Shown piece by piece: positions 1-10,086 of a stretch of DNA of 64,000 nucleotides (position 1 is the stretch's first letter; every line of letters starts with the position of its first letter). The notes below the pieces were generated by a model. It saw nothing but the letters and a program-made list of their open reading frames with translations. It ran no database searches and was not told where the DNA came from. The stretch lies in contig OZ176056.1 in NCBI GenBank assembly GCA_964247055.1, positions 1,302,001 through 1,366,000 on the forward strand, read 5' to 3'. This DNA comes from Paragordius varius (taxonomy: Eukaryota > Animalia > Nematomorpha). The translations under genes were made by a program, and so were the position numbers.

Positions 1-475
1 GTTAAAAAAAAACCTAGGCTATAGGTATAAACGGAAATTATATTTCGCAATAAAAAAAATTAAAGCAAAAATTATGTATAAAACAATATAAATCAAGGGT
101 TATTTTATGTGTCATAGTAAAAAAAAAAAATAAATAGTGCTACAATACTTATCCAAGAATACGATCTATATATTTAAGAGAATATTAATAGGCAAATTAT
201 AGGAAAAGGCCAACGGTAAGTCCTACGTCCAAAAACAAAATGGGAATAGGTATGTTATAACAAAATTTAAAGTATAGGATAAGTGATAAAAGATAGAATA
301 AACTTTGAAGATAAATAGATAAGAATTTAGAATTTTTCTTTTGTGTAATGTACGAACTCGCGCGCGTACAAATCAGATGTTTTGGTTTAATTTTTATATA
401 TATGTCTTTTTAATGTTTTACGGGAAATTATTTTTATGAAATACATATTATTTTTTCCACTTATATTTTAAACAG

Positions 476-3400
476 AGGCCACAGAACCCCAACCTGGACC
501 ATCCAGTCTTCAAAGAAGTAAATTTTATTAGAATTTTTTAAAGCATATATGACCGTAACCGAGACCGTTTTTAAAAATATTAAGATAATATCATATGATA
601 TGGTGTATGTACAATTATGTTTACAATAAATTTTTAGTTAAAAAATTTGCAATTGTATCAAATAATTTAATTAATATAACCTTTATTAATGTTTTGTAAT
701 TTGTTAAATAATTTTAAAAAGCAAGCTAGCACATATATTTTTTGCTACCAAAGTTTTTTAACATATAAGCAGAACCCTAAGTAGGCTAAATATTATATCA
801 ATTATGAAATGTATTAGTCCATATCACATTTATATAACATGAAACAAAATTATAAAAAATAGATGTCTAAAAAGACTGATAATAATTTTTTAACCTATTA
901 ATTAATATGCAATCAAAATAGATACATCTCTAAAAAGATGAATGACAATAAAAAACCATATTTTACATAAAAGTTTATAAATAATCACGAAATATTATTT
1001 TTTTTATATATTTTGGCTAATTTATATTATCCTTTTGTAAAGATTAATGTATAAACTTAAGGTCAGTTGACCGATATTCAAAATTTAAGACCAAAATTAA
1101 GTTATTTCTTAAGGTTCTATTTTAATTTTACTGATTCCAGTATATATATATATATATCCCTAATTAGACTCTGACGTAGTTGACGATTATATAAGCGGTA
1201 TAATTTACATTTTAATCCAAAAAAGAAATATTTTAATATTTTAAAAGCCGATATTTTTTGCAAATAATGAAAAATTGTTTATATGTAGAGATTATTTTAT
1301 ATGTATAAAGTAATCAGACTTCATTTTTTGTTTGGTTAATTTATAAAATAAATTTCAAAAAATAAAATTGGATATTCAGCACTTTAACATAAGTGAAGTA
1401 ATTATATAGAGTCATTTGATATCGTAAATTCCTTTTAGTTAAGCTTAATATATTTAGAAAAGATAGATATTAACCAAAAAACTTTTCATTCCAACAAAAT
1501 AACACATAAAAACCGCTATCAAATATTTCAGATCGGATAAATTTGACTTAAATACGATTAAGGTAGAATTCAATTTATAATTTGTTTCTCATATTTAGAA
1601 CTTCAACCAAGTATACTATCTATAATATTTACATAAGGCAAAAGATTCAAAACTAGCCATGCCAGAATCGTTCAAGGTAAAATCCACAAAAATAATATTT
1701 TTTAATTTTTTTTTAAAAAATTTTTTTATTTCACTTCACATTTAAAGGCCGGCAAATATTGGAGCGTATGTGTTTTAAATTTGATTTTCTTACATATTGA
1801 ATATTTGGAGTTAATTGAGCAATTTTCGAAAACCATTTTTGCAAATATTAACATATCTTTGATTTTAATTATATATAAACCATATATAGATGTCGAGAAT
1901 TTAAACACTGGTATTTAGTTATTTATTGATATATTAATTATATTTATATTATGATTTTTTTTAAAAATTATTTTTTAAATTCGCAGAAGGATCTAATCTT
2001 ATGGAAGGTGATATGTCTTTTAATTTTAAAATCTACAATTGATATAGGGAAAAAATTAAAATTATAAAAGACAAAACATAGCGCTTCGAACCAGACCGAC
2101 AAAAATGTTACTTATGTCAGAATTATGTTGGTTAGAATGTAATCGGGTTGTAAAAAATTATAATCTAAAAACCGAAATGGCTCTTAAAATTTAGTTAACT
2201 AGACTGAGTCCTTAAAAGTCATGGTGATTTAGGAATCATTTTATAGCATTTGAACCGATCTCTTAGATTACAACTGACTTTTTATACATTGGCTTTAATA
2301 GAATATAATATTTTAAAATTTATTGTAAGAATCATGATAGAAAATACAAATTTAATGTATAATTTATTCATTCCACATTCTTTGAATTATTTAGTTTTAT
2401 TGAATTGCAATGAGCAATTTATTAAAGTACTTCTTAAATCAAATATTAAATTTGTCTAGAAAAGTAGTTTAAACACCCAATCTACTAAAAACTTGAGTCG
2501 CTTATATGGTCATTATATTGTTTGGCAATTTTAATAAATCAGTCAGCAGTTTTCATATTTTCTCACTTTTTCTTATAGGCTTAGTTTGTGAATTAATACC
2601 TCTTGTACGCTTTTAAGAGACTTATGCTTTTGTATAAAACCAATAGATTAATTAAAACCGCAGTCCTAAAAGTGCTTTTTACGGCCCGTTAAAATTTGTA
2701 CTTATTTGAAATACAAATATCAGGTGCAAATCATAAATTTATCAGTAAATGGATAGGCCAGTTCCCTAATGCAAAAATAAAAAATAGAATGTTTTGGGTT
2801 TTAAACTCTTTTATCTAAAATGCAAAACACTTAATTATTAACCATATTTGTAGTTTAAGAAACTCCAAAATTCACTCACTGAATTTCTAGATCACTTTTA
2901 TTATAATAATAGGAGTTTAAAACTTTATAGTAGCTAGTATATTTTAATTTTTTTAAATATAATTTGATTTTCAAAAATCCCGTCTATTTATTATTATACC
3001 ATTTTCGGTCAAAATCAATTTGACCAAATGTAACATTTTTAGTCTATCAACAATTTTACCAAACACAACATTTTTTCAACTAAAAGAAACATTTTAAATT
3101 TCGTTTGGAAATGTTGCGTTTGGTTAAAAAATGTTGTTTTTGACTGAAAAATGGTTTATAGAATTATATGCTTTAAGACGGAATAATTTAAAAAAGATTT
3201 TTTATGATTATATGATGTATTTTTCCCAAGAACTACTGAAGACTCTAATAAAGTTATATTATCAAATGTTACCGCTTTTATAAACCAATGTTATTTTTTA
3301 ATCAAAATGGCTTTGTGTTACAATATACTCTTCAATACAATCTAGGGTCTAATCTTAATTACATCATTTTTTTTGTAGCAATTTTAATTTTTATTTAAAT

Positions 3401-6400
3401 ATTTTTTATTAAAATTATCCATATATATAATTAGAATCAAAAAACTTTTTGGAGGAAACGCGAAATATTAGTAACATTTATATTGTTTTATTATAAGTAG
3501 CATACATTTTAAAATATTTTATTTCGTGATTAGGTCCACAAAATATAAGTAATTATGGAAATATTTATTCTTTGATAATATAATTTTAAATAAAACAATA
3601 AATTTGGGATAGATCGGGCTAAAATTGGTAATTTTTACAATTGATTAAATATAAAAGCTTTACTAATAATAATTTTCTAATCGAAGCATTTATTATAATA
3701 ATAAAAATAATTTTATATAATCATTTTTGTGTATTAATTGACATTAGTATGAAATCACCTACCTAAATTATCAATAACAATATACTTAATTAAAATATTT
3801 TTAGCTGAAAAATTAAAATCAGTTTTTAAAATATTTAAGTCATTAATGACTTTCCAACCGCTTATATAGAGTTAAAATTGTTAAATATTTTTTAAAAAAT
3901 GACAGTCTTTTACTTTTCAAGTACTCTTTAATATTTAAGAGAGCCTATAAGTTAGATTACATTTTTGTGTTTTGTTAATTCAATATTTATATGAATGATT
4001 TTATAGATGGCATGAAAATATCCATAAAATGTATGCTTTATAAAAAATTGAAAAATTTTCAACTAAATTAATAAATTATATATATATTAAATTTAGCATT
4101 GAAAGAGCGCATTAGTAGTATATTTTTGCATTTTATTGTATACTTTAATATATAAAAATATATCTTTGGCTTTAAACAATATATATATATAGATATGATG
4201 GACACTATTCAAGGTGAAATAAAGCTTTCTTTTTAACAAACGCAAAAATTTCCAAAAAAGTGTCATTTAGGCTTTAAATAAAATTTTTATATGAAAATTA
4301 ATTTTGGCTTTCTATTTTATTATTTATCAGTTTACTAATCACAGTAAAAATTGGAAATACTCGGACAAAACGTAGAAATTTTTTTAAAAAACAACCACAA
4401 TCTTATTTTTTATTACTAAGTCATCTGATGAATGTTGACAATCATTATATTTTACAGTGGTAAATAAATAATTTATATAAGAAAAATCAAGGTGTAAAAA
4501 AGTATGGTTGTATTTTGAAATTACATTTTGTCCGTATAATGCAATTTTTACTGTAATTTAAAGTTAATCACAATATAGGGATATTTATAGTTTTAATTTG
4601 AAAGAACCTTTATAAAAATCTATATTAAAACCAAAAAATTGGGTGTTTTCAATAAAATTAAAAATGGTTAATCCATAAAAACTAAAATAAAATTTTTAAA
4701 AATTTATTTAACAACAAAGGATCCTTATATATATCGGGCCTTTTTTTCATAATTATGTTACCTTAATTAGATTTAATCGACAAAGCAAATGAAAGTAATT
4801 AATTGTATTTTATTAATTATTTAATAAAATGTAAAAAAATTTAAGATAAAACTTGACAAAATTTTAATATATCATATAAATTTTTCTTTTGAAATATTGT
4901 TAATTATGAAATATTTAAATATCTGGTTAGATGACATAACTTTAATTATTTCTCTCATTGATATAGGCGCCATGTTTCCAGATGCAGGAGTTGAAAGTAA
5001 TATATTTATTATAAAATTTTTAAATATAATTTTATTTTATTTTAAAAATTATTTTTGTTATTTTATTATATCAGTTGTAATATAAAATTGATAATCCTGT
5101 CATACATAATGTCAAAATCACTAAATAAAATACGGAATAGAAAATTTGAAACCCATGTATAAATTGACTCTAAAATTGTATGTACAATATATTTCCTATT
5201 ATTATTATTAATACATTACATGTTTTCACTCGTGAGAGCGGTCATGTTATACAACCTGTCTCGCCATAAAACTCTATCTATGGCGTCCTCTGCATTAAGC
5301 TCGTATTCTGCTAGCTCTCTTTTTACTGTATCTATCTATTTTGTTTTAGGTCGCCCACGTCCTCGTTTTCCCTCAACTATATTATTTTTGCAATATAATT
5401 AGAATCTCTCCTTTCAATGTGCCCGAACCAACGTAGCCTATTTTTTGACATTCTTTCCACTATTGGTTTAATATCAGTGCTCCCACGAATAAATCTATTC
5501 TCGATTCTGTCCTTTCTAGTTACCCCACACATCATTCTGAGCATTTTCATTTCAGTCACGTTAAATTGTCTTTCTTCGGATTTTTTGACACCCCATGTCT
5601 GTGAATTATACATCATTGAGGGCTGGACAACTGAACTGTAAATCTTACCTTTCACTCTAACATCAATATTTCGATCGCATAATACGCTCGAAATTTTCTT
5701 CCAATTTACCCAGCTGCTCTTTATTCTTAAATTAATATCGTCAGTTAACGAACCATCTGCACTTAACATAGCTCCCAGATATTTGCAACTTTCTTTACCC
5801 TTCAGAACCCAACTATCATCAACTACCATTTCATGTTGTGGACCCCCAAAAGTAATAAGTTCGGTTTTTGCTTTGTTTACTTTCAGACCATATTGATCCA
5901 GCATAACAACCCATCTGTTTACCGTTCGCTTTAACTCAATTAATGAATCAGACAAGATGATTATGTCATCTGCATACATTAAGTACCATCCTGAACTCAC
6001 ATTAACAACCTTGGCTACCTCGTCCATACAAATTATAAACAATAAGGGGCTGAGTGATGAGCCTTGGTAGACTCCATGCTTTATTGAAAAGGGCTCTGAT
6101 AAACCTTGTGGAGTTTTAATCCTGGAGGTGTGTGATTCGTACATTATTTGTAACAACTTAATATAACTTTCTGGCACCTTTTTACGACGGAGACTCCACC
6201 AAATAGTTTCTCTAGGAATCCTGTCAAACGCCTTCTCTATATCAATCAAAACCCCGTTTAATTCTTTCTTTTTTTCAATGTGTTTTTCAATCAACCTCCT
6301 AACCGCATGTATAGGATCTACTGTTGACTTTCCTGGATGAAACCAAATTGATTTCCTTCTATAGATATCATTTTCCTGATTCGCTTTTCAATTATTTTTT

Positions 6401-7195
6401 CAAACAATTTCATAGTGTGCGACATATGTTTTATCCCTCTATAATAGTTACTACATTCATTTATATCACCTTTTCCTTTAAATAAAGGCACAGTTAAACT
6501 TTCCTTCCATTCAACCGGGATTTCATACGTTGAAACAACTTTATTAAATACACGCTCCAAAAAATTTAATCCAGAATTTCCAAGCACTTTCCAACAATTT
6601 ATATTTATGTCGTCCGATCCTACAGCTTTGTTGTTTGGCATTTCTAACATAGATTCTACTTCCTTTTGTGTAATTGCTTCTATTGGTCTATCAGTAGCTT
6701 CAACTGTATTTGGCAAAAATATCTCGCCTACCCCTTCATCTAAACTCACAAAGTACTCTTTCCATCTTTTTAATATTTCTACATTTTTTTGTTTAAACCT
6801 TGCTTACTATTTAACTCATCATAAAATAAATTCATTTTTTCTTTCTTAACCTGGCCGACTAATTTTTTCAATTCCTTATTTAAACTTTTTATTTCCTATG
6901 ATAAAGAAAAAAATATTTATTTAATATTAATTATGAGTTCTATATTTTTATTCATTATACTCGATAATAATCAATATAAATGCTAATTTGGCAAAATAAA
7001 CTATTTTTTTATGGTAATTCTAGATGCATTAGGCTTAGAGGATCCTGATATATCAAAAGGTATATATAGATAACAAATGAATTTTAAACTATAACATACA
7101 GTATTAAACATTATCAATATATATTTAATACTTCTGTATAATTCCTAATTTTAGAAGTTTTGGAAGAAGCCATTAGAAATCTAAAGCCGGAATAA
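476..7195 (+). CDS. Candidate micro-exon gene, copy A (3' part; 5' end lies before the window); low-complexity product of unknown function
   Basis: Chain of AG|exon|GT islands, each a multiple of 3 nt and open in phase 1: 476-517, 1168-1197, 1638-1676, 1987-2007, 2724-2744, 3435-3470, 3534-3548, 3613-3627, 4007-4030, 4193-4213, 4771-4794, 4967-4996, 7024-7059, then terminal exon 7155-7195 (TAA). Joined translation: EATEPQPGPSSLQR-NSDVVDDYIS-GKRFKTSHARIVQ-EGSNLME-GANHKFI-KSKNFLEETRNI-SPQNI-NRAKI-DGMKISIK-YMMDTIQ-DLIDKANE-SAMFPDAGVE-NALGLEDPDISK-EVLEEAIRNLKPE*. All splice dinucleotides are retained in copy B. Manual prediction only. Confidence 0.55.
2980..3181. mobile_element. Small inverted-repeat element (MITE-like)
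   Basis: Imperfect terminal inverted repeats CCGTCTA..TATACCATTTTCGGTCAAAA and TTTGACTGAAAAATGGTTTATA..TAAGACGG. Also present in copy B at ~43938-44140. Confidence 0.45.
4342..4553. mobile_element. MITE family B (CAGTAAAAATTG... TIR, Tc1/mariner-like ends), representative copy
   Basis: Starts CAGTAAAAATTGGAAATACTCGGACAAAACG and ends TTTTGTCCGTATAATGCAATTTTTACTG followed by TA. Related copies or fragments lie at ~11127-11340, 13584-13836, 18030-18345, 34128-34660, 38560-38980, 39670-40040, 45337-45566, 50466-50690 and 53548-53862. Confidence 0.7.
5200..6889 (-). mobile_element. 5'-truncated, decayed non-LTR retrotransposon (RTE-clade-like LINE)
   Basis: The minus-strand ORFs carry RT motifs (NQFGF, DIEKAFD, GVYQGSSLSPLLF, YADD, KYLG, RLRWFGHIERR). 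A (TAA)n-type 3' tail sits at ~5200-5213. The 10-bp TSD TATTTCCTAT is at 5190-5199 and 6890-6899. Copy B has the empty site at ~46219-46230. Confidence 0.92.
5218..6749 (-). pseudogene. Reverse transcriptase ORF2 remnant of the LINE, disrupted
   Basis: Frameshift near 6335 (NQFGF to the expected PGKSTVDPIHAVRRL frame), a second frameshift near 5385 before ...VEGKRGRGRPKTK, and an in-frame TAG at the position of the expected Trp. ORF-track pieces are 6318-6749 and 5377-6294. Confidence 0.85.
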
Positions 7196-8757
7196 TTTAT
7201 TTGTCATATATAATATTTTTGAAAGATTTTCCATATGAATTATTATAGATTATATATTGTAGCAAAACTATTCACTAAGTTATTTATCCAATAAATATAT
7301 TTGATATGTTTATATATCTAAATTAAAGAGAATAAAACAATGATTATTCGTTTAGAAATAACTTAAAATTAATATTAGATGTAACCCGTAAAAACAATTA
7401 AAAAACTGCATTAGTCTTATGAAAAAATATATCGTTATAAATACTTCTGGAAACAGGGCAACATGCATCGCAATTAATTGATATAAGTTAGGGTTATCCA
7501 ACAGGCGGCTCGCGAATTATTCGGAATTAAAATTAATGTCTAAACAATTACATATACATTTACCCGATTTGCAAAATTTGGAAAAAATTGTTTTTACGTT
7601 TGAAATTTAATATTTTATTTATAAATGCTCATATATATTTTAAATGCGGCTCGCGAAATACTTGCTTTGGCCTTTGATTTAATTATAAAACTAATTTTAA
7701 TTTGGCTATTTAACTCCACTTTTATCTTTTTTTAAACTATATCCTTTGAAATATAAACCGCTGTTCTATTAGTGTTACGTCAAAAAATAAACATTTTTCA
7801 TATGATGGAATAGATACAAATATTTTGGGATATTTGTACGTCAGAACCATAAAAAAATTAATATTTATTAGATAAGTAATTTATAAATTCTAGTTTTTAA
7901 ACACTTAATTTCCTACCTAAAACCGAGTCACTCCAAAACTAAATAAATGGTCAACAATTTATAACATTTCCTGTATGAGATGGTATGTTGAGGAGGTTTT
8001 CTAATCCAGAGCTTTTAGAAAACTTGCTACTGTTTTAAAAACTATTTGGCTAAAAGTATTTTCCAATATCTCTTCTAGATAAAAAAATTTATAATTTTAA
8101 CAGTTAACTTTTTTAATCCTAACGAATAACTCCAAAAGATTGAAGCAAGTATTTGATAAGATAAATATCAAAACTTTCTATAATCCGAAAGCTTTTTTAA
8201 AGTAATACATTTATTTGCCTGTTTCCGCGATATAAAAAAATTATTGGAAATTTTACCAAAAAGTTTATAGGAATTTTTTACCTAATTTTATAATACGCCT
8301 AAGAGGCTAAAACAGCATATCGTTAAATTTACTCTAACGCTAAAAATATTTTTGAGATATTTTAAAGGGTACTTGGTTGTAACACTACCTAAAGGTTAAG
8401 TGTAAATATGGAAAAAATATAGTAAATTTTAGTTTTTTAAAAAATATATACCAAAAAATTAGTAAATTAATTTTTTTAAATCATACTTTGTTAATTTAGA
8501 CAACTGTACCAAGGCCATTTAAGATTTTTACCAGACTTTGGAAACTTTTTTGCTCTAGAGTAATTAAACTACCCTATAAAAGTAATCGCAGTCTAAAAAT
8601 AATATGTACAATTCAAAATTCCCAAACATATATTCTAAATTAATTGAAATAATTCTTTTTTTGAATTTACAATATTATTATTCTAAATATTTATTTGGCT
8701 ATCGCCATACTTTATAAAGTCATTAAGGATAAATTTTGAGCTTAAAAATACCCTGTT

Positions 8758-8842
8758 CTTTTATAAATTGGCACAGCTTCAATATCATACAATCACGTAA
8801 AAACGCGTGTTTTTTCGCTTTAAATTATCATAATCAGATTTT
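8758..8842 (+). promoter_or_regulatory. Conserved block immediately upstream of the ACC start codon (putative core promoter/5'UTR)
   Basis: TTATAAATTGGCACAGCTTCAATATCATACAATCACGTAAAAACGCGTGTTTTTTCGCTTTAAATTAT is almost identical at ~48308-48388, while the DNA further upstream is clearly diverged. Confidence 0.35.
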
Positions 8843-9772
8843 ATGTCATCCGATATAAGTGTTTTGGATACATCGATTAATAATATAAGTACTTCAAAAC
8901 ATGGTTCGCTTACGCTATCTAATCCCGAAGAATTTGTTATAAAATTTGGGGGAACCACTCTAATTCAAAAGGTAATTTTATAATGTTTAAATTTAGATCC
9001 TTATTGCCAACAATGGCATAGCTGCGGTTAAATGTATGCGATCTATTCGAAGATGGGCATACGAAATGTTTCGAAACGAACGAGCGATAAAATTTGTTGT
9101 CATGGTGACTCCCGAAGATTTAAAAGCTAATGCTGGTAAAATATACATCATTATAAGCAAAAGCAATTGTAATTAATTTAAAATTACTTTTTTTTAATTT
9201 GGATGTTGATTAATATATTATTCGCTTTGTTTTTTTAATGTTATCTATAGTTTTCATTTTTGAAATGATATAAATTCAAAAATGAAAAATTGATTCTAAA
9301 ATTAATTTATGGACATAATTTAATTTATTTTTCCAATCCCCCTCTAATCACCTTATATATAATAGATTTTCTAAAAAAAACAACGCCAATAAAATAATGA
9401 ACTGCTGATTTTCATGAATTTTTCTGATTTTTTAAAATAAACCTTCTTGAAATGGTTTGTGGGTATTTAAAACGCTCTAATCCATCATTTAATCTAAATT
9501 ATTTTAAATTTCATGTAAAATAAAATACCATAACAGATAATATTGTAAATCTCACAATGTAACTTTAATATATTCTTTGAAAAAGCATAATTGATGCGTA
9601 GATAAATTATGTATTTTCCCACATTCGGCGTCTTTATAGGGAAGGTTATGTTATTAAATAATTTGAATACAAATAATTGAAATAGAAAAACCATCTCTTA
9701 GATTTCAATAATTAAAATATATCTTCCTTTCATCCATATATATATATATATATATTTATTTCCCCCTTAATA

Positions 9773-10086
9773 ATATACCATTTACAGTTCAAATTCACCC
9801 TTGAACAATTGAAATTCACCCTCGAACAATTCAAATTCACCCTAAAAATAAATTATGTGTTTTCGAACTAATATAACTCATTATTAATATAAAATATATC
9901 TTTATGGCATAATTAATTATTTTTTTCAGTATTATTTTAATTTAAAACAAAATTTTATTTTTTAAAAATATATTAAAATATAGATAATTTTTTATATAAA
10001 AACATGTTATTTATTGGAGGGTGAATTTGAATTGTTCAAGGGTGAATTTGAATTGTTTAAGGGTGAATTTGAACTGTTAGGTATAT
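9773..10086. mobile_element. MITE family A (ATATACC...GGTATAT TIR with 21-bp TTGAACAATTCAAATTCACCC sub-repeats, TA target site)
   Basis: Long TIRs with three sub-repeats at each end, flanked by TA. The empty site CCCTTAATAATATGAAT is at ~49313-49330 in copy B. Confidence 0.85.

Noticed and set aside
1062-1100. Extra 39-nt phase-1 micro-exon candidate (GQLTDIQNLRPKL)
   Set aside because: The copy-B counterpart at ~41996-42034 has an in-frame TAA, so it was left out of the chain. It could still be a skippable exon.
5220-6849. Plus-strand ORFs 5220-5402, 5417-5641 and 6607-6849
   Set aside because: They are antisense shadows of the LINE reverse-transcriptase sequence.
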